Shown here: positions 18,334 to 28,259 of the stretch, piece after piece
Layout: every line of letters starts with the position of its first letter
Position numbering within the stretch: position 1 is the first letter of the stretch
Assembly (NCBI GenBank): GCA_012517375.1
Contig: JAAYVC010000095.1
Coordinates: 7,061-71,060, forward strand
Origin: a bacterium
GTDB lineage: Bacteria > Hydrothermota > Tepidihabitantia > B3-TA06
Length of the DNA stretch: 64,000 nt
Direction: 5' to 3'
Made by a program: the position numbers and the translations under genes
Notes under the pieces: generated by a model
The model's database searches: none
Told to the model about the DNA's origin: nothing
Seen by the model: only the letters and a program-made list of their open reading frames with translations

Positions 18334-19663
18334 TTTACAGGGTATTGTAGAGAATCTAACAAAATGTGCCATAAAAAAAGGTGCAGATCAGGCAGAAGCA
18401 TTCGCCCAGCGCGTTGAATCCCGAGAGGTCTGGATTGAGAGCAATAAGTTCAAAACAGTAAAATCGGCGCCATCCCAAGGAATCGGCCTGAGGATAATCA
18501 GAAAAAATGCACTCGGATTTGCCTCCATTAGCAGTCTCGAGGATAGGTTCTTCGATGAACTCTGCGAAGAAGCCCTTGCTATAGCTAAAGCTAATCTTAA
18601 TGACAAACATTTGATCATCCCTGAGGCTTCAGTTTTATCGTATCTCAAAGATCTTTATGATCCTAAACTTGCGGCTCTTCAGCTTAAGGAAGTGATAAGC
18701 AAGGCTAAATTGCTGCTTGAAACCGCTCGCGGATACGATAAGCGAGTTACGGTTGATTCAGGAGGAGTATTCGTTAATGTGGGCGAAAAGGCTGTCTCAA
18801 ATTCGAATGGACTAAAAGCATATGAAGCAGAAACCAGCATCAGCACATTGATCATGGGTATGGCTAGAGACAAGGATGAGGTTTCCTCCTTCAGCATGGA
18901 ATTTGACGGAGCACTAGACTTATCAAAAATAAAAATCGAACAAACTGCCAAGAAATTTGCTGAAAATGTAATTCGATCACTTGGCGCAAGGCCCGTAAAA
19001 TCCTTTAAAGGAACGGTGTTGTTTTCACCGAATGCCGTTGCAGAAACCTTGCTCTTCCCTGTCATATTCGGAATAAACTCCCAGAATGTGCAAAAAGGGA
19101 TGAGTCGCCTATCTGGAAAACTTGGAAGTCAGATAGCCTCCAAAATCCTTAGCATTGAAGATAACGGCATACTTGAAGGAGGACTCTCTTCATCAACTTT
19201 TGACAGAGAAGGTCAACCGCATCAGAAAACCGTTATTGCTGAAGATGGAATCCTGCAGACATACCTTTACAACAGCTATACAGCCAAAAAGGACAACAAA
19301 AGATCAACAGGTCACGCAAGCGGCAGTTACAGGTCCTTACCCGGGATTGGCACAACCAATCTTGTAATACGAGAAGGTAGCGGTACAAAAAAAGATCTTA
19401 TAAAGGAAATTAAAGAAGGAATCCTTGTGACTCGGTTTTCCGGAAATTCAAATCCAATCAACGGTGATTTTTCTGGAACAGTGAAGGGAGGGTTTTATAT
19501 TAAAAACGGAAAACTCGATCACCCAATCACTAACACCATGATTGCTGGCAATGTTTTCGAGGCTATTTTGAATATTACATCCGTTTCAAAGGAAACTCAA
19601 AAGGTATTCTCGAATATACTTCCCTACATCACTGTCGAAGGAATTTCTATAACGTCATCATAA
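18314..19663 (+). CDS. pmbA: Metalloprotease PmbA/TldE.
   Basis: The protein is 449 aa. It is a TldD/PmbA-family protein without HExxH, and is the usual partner of TldD. Confidence 0.85.
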   Translation: MEAVMDNLQGIVENLTKCAIKKGADQAEAFAQRVESREVWIESNKFKTVKSAPSQGIGLRIIRKNALGFASISSLEDRFFDELCEEALAIAKANLNDKHLIIPEASVLSYLKDLYDPKLAALQLKEVISKAKLLLETARGYDKRVTVDSGGVFVNVGEKAVSNSNGLKAYEAETSISTLIMGMARDKDEVSSFSMEFDGALDLSKIKIEQTAKKFAENVIRSLGARPVKSFKGTVLFSPNAVAETLLFPVIFGINSQNVQKGMSRLSGKLGSQIASKILSIEDNGILEGGLSSSTFDREGQPHQKTVIAEDGILQTYLYNSYTAKKDNKRSTGHASGSYRSLPGIGTTNLVIREGSGTKKDLIKEIKEGILVTRFSGNSNPINGDFSGTVKGGFYIKNGKLDHPITNTMIAGNVFEAILNITSVSKETQKVFSNILPYITVEGISITSS

Positions 19664-19668
19664 GATCT

Positions 19669-20985
19669 TTGAACAAATTGACATATAAAAAAAGCCTGGA
19701 ATTTCTGTCATCTCTTATTGATTATGAAAGATGGCACCATCACAATTACGAATTCAAACTGGAAAACTACCGATACTTTCTTAATAAAATTGACAACCCT
19801 CAGTTGAAAGTCAAAAAAACCGTACTTATAGCCGGTACGAAAGGAAAGGGATCCACTGCAACAATGCTTGCCAAGCTTCTTCAATCTCAAGGAGAAACGG
19901 TAGGATTATATACCTCTCCCCATCTCTGCGATTACAGGGAAAGAATACGAATAAATGGCTCACCAATTAAACAAAATGATTTTGCTTCTATCATGGATTT
20001 TCTTCAACCATTTATAATAAAAGAAAAGCAAAGAATTACTTTTTTTGAGACGTTAACCACCATTGCATTTCTTTTTTTTCAAATGCAAAAAACGACAGTA
20101 AATGTATTTGAGATAGGATTAGGCGGGAGACTGGATGCGACCAATGTCACGGAACCAGAGTTATCAATTATTACACGAATAGGTTACGATCACACACATT
20201 TGCTCGGTAAAACCCTCGGTAAAATTGCCGGGGAAAAATGCGGGGTTCTAAGAAGAAACAAGCAAGTCGTTATTTCTTATCAGCGTAACGCAGCACTAAA
20301 AGCAATTGAAAAAAAAATTAAAGAAACAGGTGCGATAGGTGTTTATTACGGTAAGGATTATGACGCAACCCTACTTGAAGAAACTATCACGGGATTAAAG
20401 ATTCACTACAACGGCATTAATAATGATTTAGATATTAGCGTTCCTATGCTCGGAATCCATCAAATCTATAATATCTCGACGGCTCTTGCAGCCGTTGAAT
20501 TGCTTAAGCCCAATCTAAACATTAATAAAACGCAAAAATCTCTCGAAAAAATGGTAATGCCTGCACGAATCCAAATAATACAAAACAACCCCATCATAAT
20601 CCTCGATATGTCTCATAATGCCGAATCCGCCGAATGTTTGCGGGATGTACTTGATAAGCATTTCTCGAATAAAAAAAGGAAGATATTATTAATAGGTATC
20701 ACAAAGGAGAAAGCGAAGAATTCTATCCTTAAGGCTCTTTCTTCTTTCTTTTCTGAGATATACGTCACTCAGGCGGATTTGCCAAGAGCCGAATCCAGAG
20801 AGATTCTATACCGAATCTGCTGCAAATTCCACAACAAATGTTTTATGACACAATCAGTTGAAAGTGGAGTAAATCACATTGTTAATATAATGAATACCCA
20901 TGACTTATTGGTAATTACCGGTTCAGTTTACGTAGCCGGAGAGGCAGTTAAGGCTCTACAGACGAGAGAAAGGTCCAACATCTAA
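19669..20985 (+). CDS. folC: Bifunctional folylpolyglutamate synthase / dihydrofolate synthase.
   Basis: It has the Mur-ligase P-loop IAGTKGKGST and SPHL...RERI. It has a TTG start. Its AT-rich composition (about 38% GC) differs from its neighbours. Confidence 0.85.
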   Translation: MNKLTYKKSLEFLSSLIDYERWHHHNYEFKLENYRYFLNKIDNPQLKVKKTVLIAGTKGKGSTATMLAKLLQSQGETVGLYTSPHLCDYRERIRINGSPIKQNDFASIMDFLQPFIIKEKQRITFFETLTTIAFLFFQMQKTTVNVFEIGLGGRLDATNVTEPELSIITRIGYDHTHLLGKTLGKIAGEKCGVLRRNKQVVISYQRNAALKAIEKKIKETGAIGVYYGKDYDATLLEETITGLKIHYNGINNDLDISVPMLGIHQIYNISTALAAVELLKPNLNINKTQKSLEKMVMPARIQIIQNNPIIILDMSHNAESAECLRDVLDKHFSNKKRKILLIGITKEKAKNSILKALSSFFSEIYVTQADLPRAESREILYRICCKFHNKCFMTQSVESGVNHIVNIMNTHDLLVITGSVYVAGEAVKALQTRERSNI

Positions 20986-21933
20986 AGCAGACACCTTTCC
21001 TTCAAGAAAAGCATTAATTCCGACAATAGATCCTTTCATAATCATATTATGTATTTTAGCCCCGGAATTAACAATGGAATCAGAAATAATGCTGTTTTGA
21101 ATTTCAACAGTATCACCAATTGAAACATAGGGTCCTATGATAGAGTTCTCTATGATGACGCTGGATGAGATCCAACAAGGTGGTTTAATTGTTGACCCCT
21201 TAGAAGGAATCGCTCTGGAATTCAGTTTTAATAATTCTCTATTCGCTTCCAGCAATGAACTTGATGTTCCACAATCGAACCATTCATCAACTATAACAGA
21301 CCTAAGCCTCTCCCCGTTCTCTATAAGCAATGTCAATGCATCCGTTAACTGGAATTCGCCTCTTGTCTTATGATCCCTCTTGATAATATCTTCCAATGCA
21401 CTATTCAGCCTTTTAGCGGACGGCAAATAGTAAACCCCGGCGATAGCCAAATTACCCAATGGTTTTTCCGGCTTCTCGACAAGCCCTGTTATCCAATTTT
21501 TTTCATTTGTCTCTATGACTCCAAAACGCCTTGGTTCATCAACTTTTTTTGCCAAAAGAAACCCGGTCCCAACTTCGGTATCAAGAATAGCCTTTCGGTA
21601 ATCGAATGGAATTATCGTATCTGAAAGTATTATCAATACTGGTTCGTCCTGCAAATCCTTTAATGCCTGTAAAACAGCGTGGCCTAACCCAAGAGGTTCT
21701 GCTTGTTCCCAGAAAGAACAATGTCTTTCCGGATACATCTCACGCATTTTTTTGGGCAATAAAGTTTCGGGTGCACATACGATTCTATACTCTGAGATCT
21801 CGAGCTTGTCGAGATATGAAAATATGTAACCAAGGATAGTGTCACCCGCCACAAAAAGAAGAGGTTTGGGCGTGTAAAGGGTATGAGGTCTTAGACGCGT
21901 ACCCAAACCACCTGCGGGGATAACAACCTTCAA
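20956..21933 (-). CDS. Sugar-phosphate nucleotidyltransferase with a C-terminal left-handed beta-helix (mannose-1-P guanylyltransferase / GlmU-like).
   Basis: The N-terminus is MKVVIPAGGLGTRLRPHT. The C-terminus has hexapeptide repeats (IIENSIIGPYVSIGDTVEIQNSIISDS...). Confidence 0.75.
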   Translation of the reverse strand: MKVVIPAGGLGTRLRPHTLYTPKPLLFVAGDTILGYIFSYLDKLEISEYRIVCAPETLLPKKMREMYPERHCSFWEQAEPLGLGHAVLQALKDLQDEPVLIILSDTIIPFDYRKAILDTEVGTGFLLAKKVDEPRRFGVIETNEKNWITGLVEKPEKPLGNLAIAGVYYLPSAKRLNSALEDIIKRDHKTRGEFQLTDALTLLIENGERLRSVIVDEWFDCGTSSSLLEANRELLKLNSRAIPSKGSTIKPPCWISSSVIIENSIIGPYVSIGDTVEIQNSIISDSIVNSGAKIHNMIMKGSIVGINAFLEGKVSALDVGPFSRL

Positions 21934-22913
21934 GAAAGCTCCTTCTTGAGTCTTTCAATTGAATTAATTCGAAATGGATCAACACCACGGACTGAGGCCA
22001 GAAAAAAGCTCAGCAAGTCGACTTTAACTAGTAGCGAAATAAAGCGTTCCAGTCTGGTTCCACCTTCTGCATCAATGCTAAATACAGGCAGTGATTCCGG
22101 AATTATTCTTCTTAAGACAATCTCCCTGCGAACTATATTCCTGTGATTGGCAAAACCTACACCGGGGTTAATAACAACTATAGCAAGATTTCTGATATCT
22201 CCTTCATACCCAACTATTTCATTATGATTCATCTCCGGATAAACGCTCGAATGAGCTATCATCTTTGCATTTTCGTTTAGCTGACATGATAGTCTATATC
22301 CTATCGCCGAAAAGCTTGCATCAAGCGTGTGAATTATAGGTAAAGTGTTTTTGAGGCCTTCCGCAAACGACCTCATTTCTGCTTCCCAGTGTTCAGTCCG
22401 CGAATTAATCAGGTCTATTGAAGCTTCTAATTCCGATTGTGCAGCATCATAAAGATTCCAATGATAACTTAATCTGAGAAGAGGAGCGAAAAGGTATCCA
22501 ATAGAGGCTCTTGGAGGATTTCCTGGAGGTACTCTTACTATAGGATGTTCTTGTTTTATTGCATTATCTTCAAGTGTTCCGCCTGAGGTTATTGCTAAAA
22601 TATCTAATCCTCTCCTGCGCATTGAATCCCATGCAGATAATGTTTCTTCTGTGTTGCCTGAATAACTGATTGCAATCCCGAAGTGATCTTCTTTAATCCA
22701 TAAAGGCAAGGTATAGTCTTTCAGAACTTCTATCGAAACACTTGAATCGTAATAAAGGAGACCGCGAAGCAAATCCCCTGCAATCCCGGAGCCGCCCACA
22801 CCGCATATTACAATCCTAGTAAGATTTTTTTTATCAATTCTTTCTATCGTGTCTTTTGAAGATAACCACCCGTAATTTAGCTGAGATGGTATTGAACGAA
22901 TCAAGTTGAGCAA
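21930..22913 (-). CDS. Bifunctional phosphoglucose/phosphomannose isomerase (SIS domain, archaeal-type PGI/PMI).
   Basis: The protein is 327 aa. It has the SIS motifs VICGVGGSGIAGD and ISYSGNTEET. Confidence 0.7.
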   Translation of the reverse strand: MLNLIRSIPSQLNYGWLSSKDTIERIDKKNLTRIVICGVGGSGIAGDLLRGLLYYDSSVSIEVLKDYTLPLWIKEDHFGIAISYSGNTEETLSAWDSMRRRGLDILAITSGGTLEDNAIKQEHPIVRVPPGNPPRASIGYLFAPLLRLSYHWNLYDAAQSELEASIDLINSRTEHWEAEMRSFAEGLKNTLPIIHTLDASFSAIGYRLSCQLNENAKMIAHSSVYPEMNHNEIVGYEGDIRNLAIVVINPGVGFANHRNIVRREIVLRRIIPESLPVFSIDAEGGTRLERFISLLVKVDLLSFFLASVRGVDPFRINSIERLKKELS

Positions 22914-24667
22914 TAGTTCTTCCTTTCAAGGAATAATGCCGAGAGTTCCGGAAATTTACGACTTAGTTCCCTTCTAAGGTAGCGAATAACTTCAATAGGA
23001 GTAGAGTATTCCAAAGCTTTAGAAGAAATCTTTCTCAAATCCTCAATGCTCACGTTGCGTATTATATTGCGGACAACAGGCACTGCACAAGGAGTCATCG
23101 ACAATTCATCGACACCCAGACCTAGAAGTAATCCGACACCCAAAGGTTCGGCGGCCATTTCTCCGCAAACACCTACCCAGATATGTGCTTTGTGGGCAGC
23201 CCCTATTACCCGTCTGATTAGCTGAAGTATTGCAGGATGATAATGAGAAAAAAGCCTGGATATTTTTTCATTACCCCGGTCTACAGCTAAAGTATACTGA
23301 GTAAGGTCATTGGTTCCTATACTAAAGAAATCGACATACTCAGCAAATTTATCGGCCATCAGAGCAGCAGATGGTATTTCGATCATTATACCGACTTCTA
23401 TTTCAGAATTAAATGACTCCTTCTTGGATGCTAATTCATTCTGGGCTCTTTTTATGAGTAATTTTGCCCGTTTTATTTCGGAAATATCAGAAACCATCGG
23501 AAACATAATCTTTATATTTCCATGCGCAGAAGCCCGCAAAATTGCTCTTATCTGGTCCAGAAAAATATCCTCATTGTCAAAGCAGAATCGTATGGCCCGC
23601 CAGCCTAGAAATGGATTGGCTTCGCTGTATGATTGAAAAATCTTGTCCCCACCGATATCAAGAGTACGAATAATAAGAGGTTGCGGCTTCAATTGCGTTG
23701 CGGCTTCTCTATAAATTTGATACTGCTCATCCTCGGTGGGAATTCTTCTTTTTGTAAGAAAAATATACTCCGTTCTGAACAGCCCGACACCCTCTGCTCC
23801 GTATCGTTTTAACGAATATATCTCGCTTGTGAATTCAATATTAGCTGAAACATCAATCTTCCTTTCATCACGGCTAAGAGTAGCTTGAGTTGAGGAACTA
23901 ACAAATAGATCCTTCTCTTTTTCATAATCCTTTAATTCATTCCTGTAACTCGAAAGTTTATGGTCGGTGGGCCAGAAAACCACTTGTCCTCTTTGGCCGT
24001 CGATTACAACCAAACCGTCGCCGTTTCCTGCATTGTCTATTAATCGTTCCACGCCTAAGAGAGAAGGAATCTCAAGAGCTTTGGTTATTATTGCTATGTG
24101 AGAGGTTCTGCCGCCTATCTCGGTCGCCAAGCCCCGAACTAGTTTAGGATCGAGGAGAACTACCTCCGAAGGCGGAATACTATGCGCAAGAACAACCGCA
24201 CCTTCTGGAACGTCAATAATCGATAACGATGGAAGAGAAAGAAGATTCCTTAAGACTCTGTTTGTTACATCCTCGATATCAGCCATTCTTTCTTTGAATA
24301 GCCCGGCTTTTGAGGATATGAGCGGTTTTGCAATGTCTTCAACAGCCTTATTGAAAGCATATTCGGAACTGTAGGCTTGATCTATATAAGTTAGACTTTT
24401 TTCAAAGATAGCAGGATCGGATAATATTTGAATTTGCACTTCAAGGAAATTAGCGAACTCGGGTCCAAGGGAATTGCGTATTCTGATCTGAAGATCGCCT
24501 AGTTCCTTAGTTGTTGATAATAAGGTTTTCTCAAGACGTTCTTTCTCCTCTTGTACTTTTTTTTCAGGAATACGTATTCTTCTTAATTCGGGAGGAAGAG
24601 AAGTAAAGATAAACGGTTTTCCAATTCCTATCCCTCCCGATACAGCTATGCCGCGAAGGATTATCAA
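22901..24667 (-). CDS. ptsI: PTS enzyme I (PEP-protein phosphotransferase).
   Basis: It has GGRTSHIAIITKALEIPSLLGV (active-site His), RTLDIGGDK, GIMIEIPSAA and FFSIGTNDLTQY. Confidence 0.95.
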   Translation of the reverse strand: MIILRGIAVSGGIGIGKPFIFTSLPPELRRIRIPEKKVQEEKERLEKTLLSTTKELGDLQIRIRNSLGPEFANFLEVQIQILSDPAIFEKSLTYIDQAYSSEYAFNKAVEDIAKPLISSKAGLFKERMADIEDVTNRVLRNLLSLPSLSIIDVPEGAVVLAHSIPPSEVVLLDPKLVRGLATEIGGRTSHIAIITKALEIPSLLGVERLIDNAGNGDGLVVIDGQRGQVVFWPTDHKLSSYRNELKDYEKEKDLFVSSSTQATLSRDERKIDVSANIEFTSEIYSLKRYGAEGVGLFRTEYIFLTKRRIPTEDEQYQIYREAATQLKPQPLIIRTLDIGGDKIFQSYSEANPFLGWRAIRFCFDNEDIFLDQIRAILRASAHGNIKIMFPMVSDISEIKRAKLLIKRAQNELASKKESFNSEIEVGIMIEIPSAALMADKFAEYVDFFSIGTNDLTQYTLAVDRGNEKISRLFSHYHPAILQLIRRVIGAAHKAHIWVGVCGEMAAEPLGVGLLLGLGVDELSMTPCAVPVVRNIIRNVSIEDLRKISSKALEYSTPIEVIRYLRRELSRKFPELSALFLERKNYCST

Positions 24668-24924
24668 GCCTCCTCCTCTGCAAAAATAGTGCTCAAAGCC
24701 TGAAATGCTTTTTCTTCATCAGGTCCATCTATTTCAAGGATAATAGTGCTTCCTTCTTCTGCGGCAAGGGTTAAAAGAGAAAGTATACTTTTACCATTTA
24801 CTCTAATGCCATTTTTAGAAACCCAGATTTCGCTATCAAAGGTTTCTGCAGCCTTCACGAATTGAGCCGCTGGACGCGCATGAAGCCCTATTTTGTTTCT
24901 GATAATAACTTCCTTTTTTATCAT
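24664..24924 (-). CDS. ptsH: Phosphocarrier protein HPr.
   Basis: I trimmed to MIKKEVIIRNKIGLHARPAAQFV (His15 motif). The protein is 87 aa. Confidence 0.9.
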   Translation of the reverse strand: MIKKEVIIRNKIGLHARPAAQFVKAAETFDSEIWVSKNGIRVNGKSILSLLTLAAEEGSTIILEIDGPDEEKAFQALSTIFAEEEA

Positions 24925-25625
24925 ATCATGAAACCTACAACTATGACTGCAGCGAGATTGAAGAATAAACCAAGGATGAATGGAATCTTTAGAATTGAAA
25001 AAAATAGGGATACAGCAAAAAGAGGAAGGAAAATAAACCATTCAACTCGAGCGAACAAGAAATGTTCATTGTTAAGTATAAAAAGCATTAAGGAAACTAG
25101 AAAGCCTAGAATGACTCCTGCAACAATCAAAACAATTTTCTTTATCTTTGACAGCGAGGTCAACAAAGGAACCAACGCTTCTTTGCCTTTCTCCAATCCC
25201 CTTTTAAATCCAACCAGTCTTTCTCCCTGAGCGAATGCATTGAAACCCAGGAAGAATACTAACATACCTATGAGAGGTTGTCCGAAAAGTACAAATCCCA
25301 TCGAGATTAACAAAGCAGCAGGCCTTAAAAGTCTCCAATACAAATCATCTCCTTGTGCAGCAAGGCTTGTTTCTAGGAGAGATGATATCTCTTCCATCTT
25401 TTCCCCCGAGTTTTCTTTTAGCAAAACCCCGGCAAGAAAAGAGGCCAGATATGGATGGGTATTCAAAGTATTCCTGGGAATTGACACTATCCTACCTTTA
25501 TTCCTAATTGATAATGCGAGCGTCATTCCAATACGTTGTTCATTATGGAAATTCCACCCATTCTGAATAAACAGCTGAAACATATAGTTCACAAGAATTT
25601 TATACAAAACCATACTACTGCCCAT
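24921..25625 (-). CDS. PTS mannose/fructose/sorbose family IID component.
   Basis: LFIQNGWNFHNEQRIGMTLAL parallels ManZ LFQGSWNFERMQALGF. It is a multi-pass membrane protein. Its start is probably at a later Met (25613 or 25583). Confidence 0.8.
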   Translation of the reverse strand: MGSSMVLYKILVNYMFQLFIQNGWNFHNEQRIGMTLALSIRNKGRIVSIPRNTLNTHPYLASFLAGVLLKENSGEKMEEISSLLETSLAAQGDDLYWRLLRPAALLISMGFVLFGQPLIGMLVFFLGFNAFAQGERLVGFKRGLEKGKEALVPLLTSLSKIKKIVLIVAGVILGFLVSLMLFILNNEHFLFARVEWFIFLPLFAVSLFFSILKIPFILGLFFNLAAVIVVGFMI

Positions 25626-26272
25626 GATGCAAAACCCGCAAGGGCGGGAATAGCTGCCTTCTTAAGACCAATCAGGGTTAATGCTCCTGCAAGTCCTATG
25701 CTAAAAGTGGAAACTAACAATCTTTCAAACGGAATAAAAGGTATATAAGCAATCAAAGGTACTGACAGCAAACTTACAACAAATGATGCGACTGCAATAA
25801 TAACGCCCCTTAAAAATGCAACATCCAATGCCGCAGCATGAACAAAAGCAACTTCCCAAAGACTTGTTGCGCGTTCAATTCTCAAGGATATATAACCGTT
25901 TATCTTTCGTTGTACCAAGTCTAACCATCCGCCCAGTATGCTCATTATTGAGGCTAAAACAATTGCCGCAAATGCGGCTTTTTCAAAAGGAACCTTGCCG
26001 ATCAATATTAAAGTAAAAAAAACAACCGCTCCTGCGATTCCTGAAGCCTGACCGTCCAGCGGGACTTTTCTGCCTATAGGAAGCTCAACAATCCATAAAG
26101 GCTGCAGAAGCAAACCTAACAAAACCCCTTTGGAAAAATCACCGGCTGCAAAACCCAGTATTGAAGCAGATAGAAGGGGCTGGGAAATCCCGAACTCTCC
26201 AACCGAATACTTATCAAGTAATATGATTCCTGAAATCAAACACATGATAATCAATAATAATTGCGGCGTCAT
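25589..26272 (-). CDS. PTS mannose-family IIC component.
   Basis: It has a ManY-like N-terminus and is a polytopic membrane protein of 227 aa. Confidence 0.75.
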   Translation of the reverse strand: MTPQLLLIIMCLISGIILLDKYSVGEFGISQPLLSASILGFAAGDFSKGVLLGLLLQPLWIVELPIGRKVPLDGQASGIAGAVVFFTLILIGKVPFEKAAFAAIVLASIMSILGGWLDLVQRKINGYISLRIERATSLWEVAFVHAAALDVAFLRGVIIAVASFVVSLLSVPLIAYIPFIPFERLLVSTFSIGLAGALTLIGLKKAAIPALAGFASWAVVWFCIKFL

Positions 26273-26769
26273 GTTACCCTTTTTTGCATTATCATACTAA
26301 TTACATCAACTTCTTTAGAACCAGGTAAATCCTTTGCAACAATCTTGATTCCTTCTTTTGCCAAATCAAGTATAGCTCTCATCTCGGTAGAGTCAAGATA
26401 TAAATAGGGAAGAAACATTTCTCTGCCACTCTTGGCATGGATACCGCCAAGTACAAGCATAGAGATGCTGAAGCCTGACTTTACAAGATATACGGCGTCT
26501 TCAATTGATTCTATAACAACCATAATTTTTTTATCTGGGCTTTTTGTCTTCAACACGTTTATAAAATTCTTCTTCGTAAGAATTTCAATGTCAATATCAT
26601 CCGCTAGCGCGCTAGCGGCGCTTAAGAGAGTTTTTTTTAACCATGCATCTTCATCAATTCTGTCGGATATAAGAATGATTTCTTCAATACATAAAGGTAT
26701 AGCCCACCCTACAACAACCTGCCCGTGTATTAAGCGATCATCTACTCTAATTATAAGATTATTTTTCAA
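26269..26769 (-). CDS. PTS mannose-family IIB component.
   Basis: IRVDDRLIHGQVVVGW is the phospho-His motif of EIIB(Man). Confidence 0.85.
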   Translation of the reverse strand: MKNNLIIRVDDRLIHGQVVVGWAIPLCIEEIILISDRIDEDAWLKKTLLSAASALADDIDIEILTKKNFINVLKTKSPDKKIMVVIESIEDAVYLVKSGFSISMLVLGGIHAKSGREMFLPYLYLDSTEMRAILDLAKEGIKIVAKDLPGSKEVDVISMIMQKRVT

Positions 26770-27677
26770 GAACCCGCCGTGGGTATCTCTACAAATGCAG
26801 GCGAAACAATATTTCCTGCAGCATCCTTTCCCCAGATACGGGCTCTCAATGGAAGGGCAGGCAACCTATCCGCTGCAAACACGCTTATTGAAGCCTCAAG
26901 GGTTTCAGAGGCTTTAAGAGGAGGGAGTGTAATTTCCTCAAAAGATAAGTACTGCTCGAGACCGGTATCCCGCATTACAACATTGAGATATATCGAATCT
27001 GAATCACGCAATCCTTTGTTGGAAACCAAAAATAGAAGTCTCCCCTGTTCGCCAGGATCAAGAATGCCATTGGCGTTACCGTTCAAGGCGTCTTCAAAAA
27101 TAACACTCGAAATCTCAAGACGAGGCAAAACCTTTTCGGATGAAACTGGACCAGACGTGCCAACGAAACCGGAAATGTTGAGATAAACTCTTAATCCAGC
27201 ATCTTTAGGTATTAAAGTCCCTATAGTTGCTTCTACTCCAAGCATTCTTATTGGAGACCATCTGCCTGCAATTTCAATCGAAATATAGGGTGCTTTTGCT
27301 TCCCAATCGGGAGAAAGAATGAAAGACAAGGGACTTACACCGTTATATCTCTGCCCCCAGGGAGAACCCCTTATTTTCAAATAAAGCAATCTGTCAAAAA
27401 AAGCTTCTTCTTTCCAAAAAGCTATTTTCTGATAGATATTCATTGTAACCTGAAGAGGAAGAAGGGATCCAATGAATTGGCCTCCGTCAACAAATCCGTA
27501 AGATTCAACAACAGATGTTCCTATACCAAAATGAGAAATACCTAAACTGAAATCCACAAGATTCAACCGGTTAGATACGGGTACTCCAATCCCAAAACGG
27601 GCGCCTATATCGCCCCATTCTTTTACTTGAGTATCACCCCAAAAAGCCGCACAAAGCAGCAAAAAAATATTAAGCAA
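26766..27677 (-). CDS. Hypothetical secreted protein (possibly an outer-membrane protein) co-oriented with the PTS operon.
   Basis: It has a signal peptide and is 303 aa. I recognised no motif. Confidence 0.4.
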   Translation of the reverse strand: MLNIFLLLCAAFWGDTQVKEWGDIGARFGIGVPVSNRLNLVDFSLGISHFGIGTSVVESYGFVDGGQFIGSLLPLQVTMNIYQKIAFWKEEAFFDRLLYLKIRGSPWGQRYNGVSPLSFILSPDWEAKAPYISIEIAGRWSPIRMLGVEATIGTLIPKDAGLRVYLNISGFVGTSGPVSSEKVLPRLEISSVIFEDALNGNANGILDPGEQGRLLFLVSNKGLRDSDSIYLNVVMRDTGLEQYLSFEEITLPPLKASETLEASISVFAADRLPALPLRARIWGKDAAGNIVSPAFVEIPTAGS

Positions 27678-27684
27678 AACTATT

Positions 27685-28233
27685 CTACTCTATTTCGTTA
27701 ATCCAGCGGTTGAATCCTTCAAGAGCTTCTTTGCGATACATATACAAGGTGTAATTCTTTTTTCCCAAGGTCAACGTTCCCTTTCCGCCAGGAAGTCCTG
27801 TGAAAACGGTAAGAACTAACTTGATTGTACCTAGTTGCTCCCCAGAAACGATTTGTCCTAGTTCGGTAACCTTGCTTGAAAATACTTTGGCTTCCAGATA
27901 GTTGCTGCTCAATTCAATGACTTCAAGAGGATACGTATTGTATCCCAACCTGATTGCCGATGGTTTTACTAAGACTTTTTGACTTACCGGAACCGAACCC
28001 ATTGAGGTTTCAGCCGCCTCAAGCTCTTGAACTCTCGAATATATCTTTAAGACAAAAGTCTCCGGGTTGACTTTAGCAGTATCAACGGGCGGGCTTTCGT
28101 AGGCAAAACCCAAACCTATTAACTCTAAGGTGTATACGCCTTCTTCACTAGAAACCGTTCCATAAGGTAAATCGGCTGCTTGTATTACTCCTATTACCCC
28201 TAAGAAGACAACCCAAACCACGACACGCTTCAT
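27685..28233 (-). CDS. Hypothetical secreted protein.
   Basis: It has a signal peptide and is 182 aa. Confidence 0.4.
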   Translation of the reverse strand: MKRVVVWVVFLGVIGVIQAADLPYGTVSSEEGVYTLELIGLGFAYESPPVDTAKVNPETFVLKIYSRVQELEAAETSMGSVPVSQKVLVKPSAIRLGYNTYPLEVIELSSNYLEAKVFSSKVTELGQIVSGEQLGTIKLVLTVFTGLPGGKGTLTLGKKNYTLYMYRKEALEGFNRWINEIE

Positions 28234-28259
28234 GATAAGCCTCCTAAGACATTCTAAAT

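Noticed and set aside
24664-26769. I searched for a PTS EIIA(Man) domain within or next to the operon.
   Set aside because: No ORF of about 130-150 aa with an EIIA-type N-terminal His motif is present in the window. I report this as a finding, absence of EIIA, not as a feature.
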